NCBI GenBank assembly: GCA_009873655.1 | Contig: WAIB01000002.1 | Span: 56,413-120,412 of the forward strand | DNA from: Nitrospinota bacterium | Lineage (GTDB): Bacteria; Nitrospinota; Nitrospinia; Nitrospinales; VA-1 | Reading direction: 5' to 3' | DNA: 64,000 nucleotides | Part shown: positions 29,052 through 38,238 of the stretch, one piece after another | Position numbering within the stretch: position 1 is the stretch's first letter | Layout: every line of letters begins with the position of its first letter | Notes under the pieces: model-generated | What the model saw: only the letters and a program-made list of their open reading frames with translations | Databases searched by the model: none | Told to the model about the DNA's origin: nothing | Position numbers and translations under genes: made by a program

Positions 29052-30860
29052 ATGAAACCTGAAGAAATAAGCGAAATAGCCTGCAAAAAAATCCAAATGG
29101 GTAGCAGCCTCGTGAATGAGCATTTGAAAGTGCTCGAAGAGATGGTGAGGATTGACAGCCGAAGTTTCGGAGTGGACGAATTCAAGGGAGACAGGACCAC
29201 TCCCACCGATATGAAAGAAATTCTTGAATGTGCAAAAAGATACCTGACCCACATAGGCCTTACCAATGTTTTTATAAACAATTCAGGAAAAAAACATCCC
29301 TTTCCAATTCTTATGGGAGAAGCCCTCGTTTCAGAAAACAAGCCTACACTCCTTTTTTATGCGCACTTGGACAAACAACCTTATATGGATAACGAGAAAT
29401 TTGAAAAATGGGGCGGAATTCCACCAACGCAATTAAAATGGAACGATGACAAAACCCGTGCGTATGGAAGGGGAGCCGCGGATGACTTGAGCGGCGTGGT
29501 ATCTATTGGGATGTCCATAGATGCAATAATGAAAACACTGAGAGATTCCTCGGAAGAAGATTCTTCCCGGTTTCCTTGCAATGTAAAAGTCATTTTTGAA
29601 ACGGAGGAAGAGAGCGGTTCTCACAGTTTGATTGACCAGATCAAGGAAAATAAAACATTTTTTTCCAATATCGACTGCGTTGTAATTACCGATGTGGTTA
29701 ATCCGGCACAGGGTATTCCGGGTTTGACAACTTCCCTGCGGGGAATTGTCCAAATGGAAATCACTGTTTCGCAGAATTCAGAGAAGGTATTGATTGACGA
29801 ACAAACCGCCTTATACAAACTTCTTTCTAAATTAGTAAAAGAGGATCATTCGCTTGCAGTAAGCGGAATTTCTGAGTCCGATGAGTCTGTAACTGATGAT
29901 GAAAAAAAAGGTTACTCTTTTGTTCCCACTACAGTCAAAGCGCTTAGAGAAACCGCTGGGGTTTTGCCCCAAACGCGCCTTACCGTACCGGAAAACGTTG
30001 CCTCCATTCTGATAGCCCAATTACGAACTTCCTTCGCCAATGCTCGCCCGGGTCATCGCATATCTGGAAGTGTTATTCTTGGCACGGCAGGAGCCCGATT
30101 GACCTTTCCCGGTGCGCAGGATGCGAAACATCTTGCAAAGGAAATCGAAGGATTTTTTAAGGAGAGGAATCCTTTTAACTTGAAATTGAAAGTGGAGGTT
30201 GTGAGTGATTCACCCCCTGCTCTTGACCTGATATTACAGTCCGCTTCCAAGGATCCTCATTCCGGTGTTAATGGGGGACCGGTACCTATTCCGGAAATTC
30301 AGTTGGCGTGCATGATCGATCAACTGATTTCAATGGATGGGAGTCTCCACTCCGGGTTGAAAAACGTAATCCTCAATAATTCCATTAAAGTACAATCCCT
30401 CTTTGTTGATCAGGCCCTGAAACCCCGCCTTTTTGATGATCCATCCGCCAAAGCGCTTGTCGAGATTCGCCTTGCCCCCGGGAACAATGAAAATTCAACG
30501 GCCGAATTCTTAAAGAGTTTTCTTTTAAAAAATATTCCACCCGGATTTGAGTTGAGCATTCAAGAGGACAAAGGTGCTTCTCCATGGATGACAGGAATAT
30601 CCCATCCGGTATTTCCTTTAATGCTTGAATCGCTTGAAAAGGGGTTTAATCAGAAGTCCTGTTTATATGGGTGCGGAGGTACCATTCCCTTTGTGGAAAA
30701 ACTGATGCGGGCCCTGGGAGATGTGCAACCTCTATGCCTGGGAGCATACGATCCCGACGCCAAAATGCATGAGCCGGGGGAAAGTTTATCCATGCCGGAT
30801 TTACTGGGCTGCACACGATCTATCATTCACTTCATTTCAAGAATCGATGAAATTTACTGA
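29052..30860 (+). CDS. M20-family metallopeptidase/deacylase (large form)
   Basis: Metal-ligand blocks YAHLDKQP, RGAADDLSG, FETEEESGS and a C-terminal H/E region. It is longer than typical M20 enzymes. Confidence 0.7.
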   Translation: MKPEEISEIACKKIQMGSSLVNEHLKVLEEMVRIDSRSFGVDEFKGDRTTPTDMKEILECAKRYLTHIGLTNVFINNSGKKHPFPILMGEALVSENKPTLLFYAHLDKQPYMDNEKFEKWGGIPPTQLKWNDDKTRAYGRGAADDLSGVVSIGMSIDAIMKTLRDSSEEDSSRFPCNVKVIFETEEESGSHSLIDQIKENKTFFSNIDCVVITDVVNPAQGIPGLTTSLRGIVQMEITVSQNSEKVLIDEQTALYKLLSKLVKEDHSLAVSGISESDESVTDDEKKGYSFVPTTVKALRETAGVLPQTRLTVPENVASILIAQLRTSFANARPGHRISGSVILGTAGARLTFPGAQDAKHLAKEIEGFFKERNPFNLKLKVEVVSDSPPALDLILQSASKDPHSGVNGGPVPIPEIQLACMIDQLISMDGSLHSGLKNVILNNSIKVQSLFVDQALKPRLFDDPSAKALVEIRLAPGNNENSTAEFLKSFLLKNIPPGFELSIQEDKGASPWMTGISHPVFPLMLESLEKGFNQKSCLYGCGGTIPFVEKLMRALGDVQPLCLGAYDPDAKMHEPGESLSMPDLLGCTRSIIHFISRIDEIY

Positions 30861-31184
30861 TCCTTATTGATTCTTTAGTAAAATGCAGATGGATTCTGAT
30901 TGTGTAACATCCAGTTGCTCTTTTATGTCCACGTTCAATTTCAGTATTTTGGCAAATATTTGACTTATTTGTGGTTATATATATTGCCTTGGGATATTTT
31001 ATATGATTTTCTTTAATTTTATTTTGTAACAAAATCTTGACTTCTTTTAATCGGCAACAGGTTTATAATTCTTTTCATGCTGTTAGAGAAGAGATTTTCG
31101 CTTTGCCTCCCCTGCCCATGGTTTTTTTCTCGTAAGTTTTGAAGGCGAATCAGGAGGATTTTCTATTTGTAATTTGAGGTTAAA

Positions 31185-32156
31185 GTGACTGCGGAAACAG
31201 AAGAGAAAAAGTTCAGAGAAATTGATATAGCCTTTCTGGACACAGGTGGAGACGAATCTTTCGATATTTTTTACCAAACTGAGAGTTTCGGAACTATCAA
31301 ATATGTCAAGTTTGCCAGTACGGACCCCAAACACCAGGACAAGGTAAGAAGGCTCCTCGAAGAGGGTACGGATCAGGAATTTTATATACAGGAAGAAGAC
31401 CTTTTTAAGTATTATAAATATGCCACTCGTTCCCTGAAAGCGATGGTTGCCAACCCCGATATTCCTCTCAAGAAAAAAACCGAGAAAATTTACGAAGTTT
31501 CCAAGGGTGTCATGAAGGAGTTTTTTGAAAATAACACTTCAGAGAAAATCCTGGAATCTTCTGAAGAAGTAATGGATATGATGGAAGACTGCATGACCTC
31601 TGCCGAAGCAGGATTTCATGGCATTTCTGCAATTACAAGTAAAGATTATTACACCTATACCCATAGCGTAAATGTCGGGCTCTATTGCATGACGTTTGGT
31701 GTGAAAAGTGGAATGAGTAAGAACGACACGCGTTCACTTTCCCTGGGGGGGATGCTTCACGATGTAGGAAAATCAAAAATTGAACATGGTCTGATCAATA
31801 AAAACGGAAAACTGAACGACGATGAATTCGAGAAAATGAAATTCCATGCCAGCGCGGGTGGCGAAATTTTAACGGGAATGGGGTGCTATCACAATAATGT
31901 GGTAAGAATGGCCGCGGAGCACCATGAAAAATACAAGGGAGGAGGCTATCCCAAGGGCATAGAAGGCGAAGAAATACACCTCTATGCCCGGATCTGCAAA
32001 ATTATGGATGTCTACGATGCTTTAACCACAAGAAGATCGTATAAAAAAGCATTGAGTGCTTTTGATACCCTTGTCATCATGAAAAAGCAGATGATTAACG
32101 ATTTTGACCCCAAATTACTCAATAGTTTTATCACCTTGATGGGGCCTGACCTTTAG
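31185..32156 (+). CDS. HD-GYP domain protein (putative c-di-GMP phosphodiesterase) with an uncharacterised N-terminal domain
   Basis: GTG start with GAGG upstream. THSVNV...HDVGK...HHEKYKGGGYP motifs are present. Confidence 0.85.
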   Translation: MTAETEEKKFREIDIAFLDTGGDESFDIFYQTESFGTIKYVKFASTDPKHQDKVRRLLEEGTDQEFYIQEEDLFKYYKYATRSLKAMVANPDIPLKKKTEKIYEVSKGVMKEFFENNTSEKILESSEEVMDMMEDCMTSAEAGFHGISAITSKDYYTYTHSVNVGLYCMTFGVKSGMSKNDTRSLSLGGMLHDVGKSKIEHGLINKNGKLNDDEFEKMKFHASAGGEILTGMGCYHNNVVRMAAEHHEKYKGGGYPKGIEGEEIHLYARICKIMDVYDALTTRRSYKKALSAFDTLVIMKKQMINDFDPKLLNSFITLMGPDL

Positions 32157-32170
32157 CGGGTGCTTTGGCT

Positions 32171-33538
32171 TCAATGCAATTTCAGATCATAACTTCCCGA
32201 TCGAAACTTCTTCAGATAATTTGAAAACTGTTCATCGCTGCTGTTGGCATCAATATAGAGGTAGGTATTCCGGGATTTTGAGTTGAGCGCAAAGTTGACC
32301 CGGCTTAGTTGCGCACCATCGATAAACATCAAGGTATCCCACGGTAAAGCTACTTGATAATCCCTATTGCTTTTTACAAACCGTATAAAGGTTTTGAATG
32401 CTTTTGCGCAAAGCTTGGAAGTAAGGCCCTCCAGGTCGCAGACCGCCCTTAGCCGGGTAATATTATTTTTTGTTTTTTTCTCCAATTTCACCGCCAGGGT
32501 TGTATTTTCTTCCGCTTTCGTTTTTATGGTTTTACGGGAAAAATGTTCAAGAATCTTTTCTGCTGGAAGGTCGAAACGGATCTGGGCATTAAAGTCATCT
32601 TCTATGATTGTGTTGTGGCGGTTAAGAATTACTTTCCCCCAGTAACGCATACGAAAATCCGTTGACTGGCTGGCCTCCATTAAATTCAAAGCTCCTTTTT
32701 CACATTCTTCCAGGGTGATATCTGCCGAGCAGATGAAATTTTCCAGTTTGATTTTATCTTTGAAGGCCTTGCCATATTTTTCCTGAATGGCCTCATACAT
32801 TTTCCTTTTGGGCCTCCACGTTTCGTAGGGGTCTTTCAATATCCGGTTTCGCATTTCGGCAGGAGATTCGTTGAACCCCAGAACCAGTTTGTTGGGTTTG
32901 TCCGATGGAGAGGAGGAATGGGTAATCATCAGTTCATGCCAACCTGTCCTTTTAACTTTAGGAGGAATATGGACAGCGGCAAGATTCATATAGCCTGTCA
33001 GGCAATCTCCGTTTGAGATTTCTTTTGAGCAATATAACTCTTTTACGATCCCTTTTTGGGCAATCTCCCTTTTCAAGGCGCGAATTCTGTCCAGGAAACC
33101 GGTTTGTTCATCACGGCTTTTACGGCTATTTAAGAACCGGACCAATTCAGAGGACGAAGCTTTCCAATCAATTAAAATGGTATGAAATCCGGCGGTTTTT
33201 AAAAACCGATCACTGATCCCCACTTCTTTATAATCGGTTTGAGGGACTTCCATGAGGGCTTTCTTGAGTTTGGAAACACCCTGCAGGCATTGTTCGATCA
33301 GGGGGGCCTGGTCTTCTGTAAATCCAATTTTCTTTTTGAAAGGAAAACACTCCAGTGTCTTAACGCCAAACTGGCTCTCCAGGATATGCTTTTGTTCGAC
33401 CAGTTGATTAAAAGTATTAGCGAATAAAAATGACGGAAGGCAAATTATTACCAGAAATAGAACAGTACAATGCAATAAATTTTTTTGAATCGGCATAAAG
33501 CTATTATAACAGACCCTCATTCTTTGGAAGCCAGACAA
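32171..33538 (-). CDS. Secreted hypothetical protein built from four roughly 100-aa Cys-pair repeats
   Basis: The signal peptide begins at Met15 (MPIQKNLLHCTVLFLVIICLPSFLFA; alternative start 33496). I saw no known motif and describe the internal 4x repeat in the findings. Confidence 0.6.
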   Translation of the reverse strand: MSGFQRMRVCYNSFMPIQKNLLHCTVLFLVIICLPSFLFANTFNQLVEQKHILESQFGVKTLECFPFKKKIGFTEDQAPLIEQCLQGVSKLKKALMEVPQTDYKEVGISDRFLKTAGFHTILIDWKASSSELVRFLNSRKSRDEQTGFLDRIRALKREIAQKGIVKELYCSKEISNGDCLTGYMNLAAVHIPPKVKRTGWHELMITHSSSPSDKPNKLVLGFNESPAEMRNRILKDPYETWRPKRKMYEAIQEKYGKAFKDKIKLENFICSADITLEECEKGALNLMEASQSTDFRMRYWGKVILNRHNTIIEDDFNAQIRFDLPAEKILEHFSRKTIKTKAEENTTLAVKLEKKTKNNITRLRAVCDLEGLTSKLCAKAFKTFIRFVKSNRDYQVALPWDTLMFIDGAQLSRVNFALNSKSRNTYLYIDANSSDEQFSNYLKKFRSGSYDLKLH

Positions 33539-33551
33539 ATATTAAAAATTA

Positions 33552-34062
33552 TTAATAATATTTGAATGAGGAGTTGAGAAAATTTTGATTTAACTCAATT
33601 CCCTCAACGAATTTCTTCTGAAAACAGTAAGCGATTTGAATCTGCATCAATTCGTCATCGCGTGCATCGAACAGAAAATCTTCTTCCGTCTGGTCCAGAA
33701 AAGCACTCAGTTCCGCGGTCAATAGCCAATGGTCGCCAAACCTCCGGTTGGCTTCCAGTATTAAAAAACGGGCGGAAGTATCCAGGTCCTGCACCATTGC
33801 CAATAAGGCTTCGGTGCTGGCGGCATCGTTGACCGCGAGGCGCACCCCAACCGCGATATCGTTTTCAAATGGTGTGGGTGCAGCGGAAGGCCCAATCGCT
33901 GTGCCACTGTTCCGCCGCGCTCTCATATTCAGCGCTGTCTTCGTCAACGATGGTTCCGAAACGCAGTCTGCCTCCTGTTCCCTGGAAAGTCCGTTCCCTG
34001 AAATAAGGTATCCAGAAAAAGTCCACGGTTCCCCAGTCCCGTGAAATTGAAAGCTTGGCCAT
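33552..34062 (-). pseudogene. Outer-membrane beta-barrel-like gene remnant (N-truncated, frame-disrupted)
   Basis: Two overlapping ORFs in different frames: 65 aa (...WIPYFRERTFQGTGGRLRF...AEQWHSDWAFR) and 131 aa (...PFENDIAVGVRLAVND...MQIQIAYCF). There is no signal peptide. The aromatic-rich beta-strand pattern and the near-terminal AYCF resemble an OMP C-terminus. Confidence 0.45.
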
Positions 34063-34153
34063 GGGCTGGTTAATAATAAATATTATGTAAAATATTCACT
34101 TATTTTTGCAGAAATGCCGACTGGATTCAAGCCGGTATTGGGTAATTTGGGGG

Positions 34154-36856
34154 TTAAACGGTAACCTGGTTTGCGCCGATGCTTTTATAGGCTTCGAGGG
34201 ACCGTTGGTGGCAGGTGAGAACGATGACCTGGCGTTCCTTGCTGAACCGGTTCAGGATCTGGATCAATCTCTGGTCACGGTCATCATCGAAGTTGACGAA
34301 GACATCATCAAGAACGGCTGGCAGGGGTTCGGATCGGCTTTCGTATTCTTCTATCAACCCAAAACGCATGGCGAGATAGAGTTGTTCGAGAGTTCCACGG
34401 CTCATTTCCTGAACGCCTTTTCTTTTATGCCTGTCGTTTTCGATGAGAATATCATCGCTGTCAATCGGTTTTATAATGTGTCCATAGGCCTCGCCTGTAA
34501 TTTCTGCAAACAGATTTTCCGCAGCGCGAATAACCCCGGGCTGGCGGGTTTTCTCGTACCTTCCTTTGGCCTCTTCAATCAGCACAAGCGCACTTCGATA
34601 AGAAGCCCAGGTTTCGGCGAGGTTTTTCAGTTCGTGTTTTTGTGATTCCAGTTCGTTTTGCCGTGCTAACAGGTCGTTGTTGGAGGCAAGCTTTTCCAGC
34701 TCGTTTCGCGTTTCACCTATGTCTTGTAATAACTGTTCGCGTGTGTCCTGCAAATCCGAATATTGGGTTAGCTTTTTCCCAAGCTTTTGTTTGATTTCTT
34801 CAAGAGGAGTTGACTGGATGTCCTGCAAAAACTGGTCAAAATGTTGTCCCAGCCCCACATTGGAGTGAATGTTTCCGCGTTTTTGTTCCACCGTCTTTTC
34901 AAGGGACCGGTAGATTTCATAAACAGCCTGCTTTTCATAAAAAGCTTCCGCGTCGGAGACACCCACAGAATGAAAAAATTTTTCAATTTCTTTGGCGTTA
35001 TTTTTTATCTGGCTTTCAAGTCGAGAGAATTTTTGATTTTGTTCCTTATGCTGGATTTCCAAAAGTGCGCCACGGTCCCTATCGGCCTTACTCTCATCGA
35101 AAGCCTGGCAAAGAGTTTCAATATTCACAGGAATTTCATTATTGAGCGATACGTTTTCTACGAGAGGGGCTAGAGAAGCAATACAATCTTCGGCTTCTTT
35201 TATGGTTCTTTGCATTTTTTCAATCCGCTCATCCAACCTGCCGCGTTGGGCGATCATGGTTTTTATCTGGCGTGCGGTTTTACCGATATTTTTTGTGGTT
35301 ATAGGTGCGATGCCCGGGTCCAGTTTTCGATCTTTAAGCCAGTTTCGCCACTCTTCGAACTTTTCATCGAGTTCTTTTTTCTTTTTCTCATATTGATGCT
35401 CAAGGTTTTTTTCGGCCAAATCTTCTTTTGAAAAGCTGTTTTTTGCATCCAGGATCTTCTTAAAAAGAAAAATACCGCTTCCCACCATCACTATGGCTGC
35501 TAAAAGGAGAGGGATATTGAAAAGGTATCCGCCCAGGATGACCCCGACAATACCGGCCCCCGTAAATCCATAGTGAAACTGTTTCAACCATTCGGGAATA
35601 TTCCAACCTTTTGATAGCTCTTCGGCCTTGATTCTTCGGTGGCTTTCCAAACGGTCGAGAAAAAGATCCTGCTCTTTTCTCAAACTTTCGAATTCTTCAA
35701 AAAAATGATCGATCTGATCTTTTTCCGCTTCGGTTAAATCAAAATCCAGTAACGTTTCTTCGTCCCAATCCCGGTTAATGGATTTTATTTCATCGGCAAT
35801 CTGCATATCCAGGTCTTCCCTTTCGATCTGGACATTTGCTGAATCCAGCAACGCTAACTGGATTGATTGGGTGGATTGTTTGAGCCGGTTAATACTTTCT
35901 TCAAATTTTAATAGATCGTGGTTAATTTTTAATTTGTCAAGCGAGCCTGTTAAAGAGTTGAGTGATTCCTGCTCTTCTTCAAGCCTGTTTTGCAGGCTTT
36001 CTTTTTCATGCAACAAAGACTCAAGGTTATTCAGCCCGTTTTCCGGGAATTGCGACAGGTCGTCCAGCGATTCAAGTTTGTCTTTTGCCTGTAAATATTG
36101 AACTGCATCTTCGTAAAGATGAATCTGGCTCTCAAGGATTCTCTTCTCGGACTCCAGATCTTGAATCGAATTTTGTACGGCGGTCTTGGTATCCAACATA
36201 TTTTTGTGTTGTCCCTGCAGTTCGTCGTAGAGGGTCAGGTTTTGTTGGATGGAGATGATTGCCTGTTCATTGGCTCTGATTTTCTCAAGCAAGTCACTTA
36301 GCTGGCAGGCACCCCTTGGCCTGAATATTTGCGCACATAGATTTTCTAACTCTTTTTCTATGTTTTTAAGCGACAGATTACCAAGACCCAGCCCGGCCCC
36401 GTAAATCCGGTTTTTCACTTCATCACCACTCAGGCTTTTAAAGTCATGTAACTCATCGATGGTAAAAGCGTAGATATTTTGGTAAATATCTTTGGAAGCA
36501 TTTCCCAGTACATGGTTTAGTACATCCTGTCCCCGCAAAACCTCCTGGGGAGTTGAGATTCTTACCTCACCGCCATGGGTTCCAGGGGTACGGGAAATGA
36601 CGAGTCCTTCCCCGTTTTGCAGTTCTACTTTCAGGCTTCCGCCCATAGACCCCCCGTTTACGGGCTGGTACAGGTTTGTTTTGTTGTTTTTAGTTTTGGT
36701 CGGAAACCCGAAAAGGATCCTCCGAATGAATTCCAGTAACGTGGTTTTGCCGAATTCATTTTTCCCGTAGACAATGTTGACGCCTGGTTTCAGACCCGTC
36801 ACCCGTTTGTTGTTAAAAACGCCAAAGCCGTCGATATGTATTTCTCGAAGTTGCAT
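34154..36856 (-). CDS. YhaN-like AAA/SMC-type ATPase (SbcC-like) with a central transmembrane hairpin
   Basis: N-terminus MQLREIHIDGFGVF...GKNEFGKTT (Walker A), long coiled coils, and a C-terminal signature/Walker B region (MSRGTLEQLYLAMRF, VLDDVFVNFDDDR). Two hydrophobic helices at aa 430-465. Confidence 0.85.
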   Translation of the reverse strand: MQLREIHIDGFGVFNNKRVTGLKPGVNIVYGKNEFGKTTLLEFIRRILFGFPTKTKNNKTNLYQPVNGGSMGGSLKVELQNGEGLVISRTPGTHGGEVRISTPQEVLRGQDVLNHVLGNASKDIYQNIYAFTIDELHDFKSLSGDEVKNRIYGAGLGLGNLSLKNIEKELENLCAQIFRPRGACQLSDLLEKIRANEQAIISIQQNLTLYDELQGQHKNMLDTKTAVQNSIQDLESEKRILESQIHLYEDAVQYLQAKDKLESLDDLSQFPENGLNNLESLLHEKESLQNRLEEEQESLNSLTGSLDKLKINHDLLKFEESINRLKQSTQSIQLALLDSANVQIEREDLDMQIADEIKSINRDWDEETLLDFDLTEAEKDQIDHFFEEFESLRKEQDLFLDRLESHRRIKAEELSKGWNIPEWLKQFHYGFTGAGIVGVILGGYLFNIPLLLAAIVMVGSGIFLFKKILDAKNSFSKEDLAEKNLEHQYEKKKKELDEKFEEWRNWLKDRKLDPGIAPITTKNIGKTARQIKTMIAQRGRLDERIEKMQRTIKEAEDCIASLAPLVENVSLNNEIPVNIETLCQAFDESKADRDRGALLEIQHKEQNQKFSRLESQIKNNAKEIEKFFHSVGVSDAEAFYEKQAVYEIYRSLEKTVEQKRGNIHSNVGLGQHFDQFLQDIQSTPLEEIKQKLGKKLTQYSDLQDTREQLLQDIGETRNELEKLASNNDLLARQNELESQKHELKNLAETWASYRSALVLIEEAKGRYEKTRQPGVIRAAENLFAEITGEAYGHIIKPIDSDDILIENDRHKRKGVQEMSRGTLEQLYLAMRFGLIEEYESRSEPLPAVLDDVFVNFDDDRDQRLIQILNRFSKERQVIVLTCHQRSLEAYKSIGANQVTV

Positions 36857-36864
36857 TTTATTGT

Positions 36865-38124
36865 TCAGGAATTGTCGACCAGTTGGTCAAGTGCAAGATT
36901 GCGGGATTTATGAATGAGTCTATCCATTTCTTCATTAGAAGGATCTTCCAGATACTTTCTTCCTGCCCAGGATTCAAAAACAGGTTTCATGGAATCACGA
37001 ACTTTGCCGTATAGCTCTTCTTTGTCCGTTTCTTCACAGAGATTGACCAGGTCGGCTATGAAGTCTTTTCCTTCTTTCAAGTTGGCAATGTCATACGTTC
37101 CTGCCGTTTGATTGGATAATTCGATCAGGACCCAGGGAGAATGACCCTCAAAAAACGCGTGGATTTCTTCGGTCAGTGCATTAATGACACCTGTTGCCTG
37201 CAACTCTTTATGTATGGGTGTTCTACCTGTCAGTGTCAGGTTCGCTACCAGCCCTTCGCGAGGGATGGTTTCTTTGGCGAGTTCTTCGCATTGAACCTGA
37301 ATTTCCCGGACCACGTCATTCATATTCTCCGCGTTCTGTAAATCCACCGTTGAAGAACGATAGCTGATGACATCTGTAGCAATGAACCTGATTTCAGGAG
37401 GCCTGTCTGCAGCCAGGGTGACCAGACAGCAACCTTTTTGGCCCGTTTCTCTTAAATGGCGGGCTTGAGTGTTGCCGGAGTACACAATAGCGGGATCACT
37501 TTCACGCAATATCTTATGTTCATGAATATGACCCAAAGCCCAATAATCAAAATTTCTTGAAACCAGATCATCGATGGAGCAGGGGGCATAATTATCATGT
37601 CCCGGTAGTTGGCCTACATTGGTATGGAGAATTCCAATTGAAAATCCTTCATCTACATCTTTTCGGAATTTCAGTGCCAGATTGTCTGTAACTTCCTTTT
37701 GGGGAAAACTGATACCATAAATCCAGGCAATGTTTTTTCCTTCTTTCTTAACGGGGACACGCTGCACTTTATTTCCCGGAAATATGGTTACATGCTCGGG
37801 CCATTCCAGAGTGTGCGCCCAACTGTTTAGCGGGTCATGGTTGCCGTGCACAATAAATGATTTTATTTCCTGGTCAGATAGCTCTTTAAGGATACGGCGG
37901 AATTTCAGTTGTGCCTGTAAGCTGCGATCCGCTCCATCAAACACATCTCCGGCAATCAGCACGGCATCCACTTTTTCCTGCGATGCGATGCGGGCAATAT
38001 TCTGAAATGCTTTAAAGGTGGAATCGCGCAAGGCTCCGGCCAAGGCCGGAGTTTGCGATGTCAGCCCTTTAAAAGGACTGTCTATATGCAGGTCGGAACA
38101 ATGGATGAAACGAAATTCTGCCAT
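36865..38124 (-). CDS. Calcineurin-like metallophosphoesterase, DNA-repair exonuclease SbcD/YhaO-like
   Basis: Motifs CSDLHID, GDVFD, GNHD, GHIH. It lies 8 nt upstream of the ATPase gene. Confidence 0.85.
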   Translation of the reverse strand: MAEFRFIHCSDLHIDSPFKGLTSQTPALAGALRDSTFKAFQNIARIASQEKVDAVLIAGDVFDGADRSLQAQLKFRRILKELSDQEIKSFIVHGNHDPLNSWAHTLEWPEHVTIFPGNKVQRVPVKKEGKNIAWIYGISFPQKEVTDNLALKFRKDVDEGFSIGILHTNVGQLPGHDNYAPCSIDDLVSRNFDYWALGHIHEHKILRESDPAIVYSGNTQARHLRETGQKGCCLVTLAADRPPEIRFIATDVISYRSSTVDLQNAENMNDVVREIQVQCEELAKETIPREGLVANLTLTGRTPIHKELQATGVINALTEEIHAFFEGHSPWVLIELSNQTAGTYDIANLKEGKDFIADLVNLCEETDKEELYGKVRDSMKPVFESWAGRKYLEDPSNEEMDRLIHKSRNLALDQLVDNS

Positions 38125-38238
38125 GGATTCTTATCGATTAAAATATGTAAGTTATTGTTCTTAAACAGTATATGGGATTATGAAGGTTATCTCAATGATT
38201 TTCTTGCTTCCTTTAAATAGCTCCTCCATAATTTCTGC

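Noticed and set aside
31030-31065. TTGACT ... TATAAT-like promoter upstream of the stand-alone HD-GYP gene.
   Set aside because: The spacer between the two hexamers is about 21 nt by my count, which is outside the functional 16-19 nt range.
34154-38124. The ATPase plus phosphoesterase pair as a novel anti-phage defence system (Lamassu/Wadjet/Gabija-like).
   Set aside because: The gene order, sizes and motifs match the conserved yhaO-yhaN / sbcDC-type repair pair. No third effector, helicase, nuclease-toxin or other defence gene is adjacent. I retained it only as a structural curiosity (the membrane hairpin).
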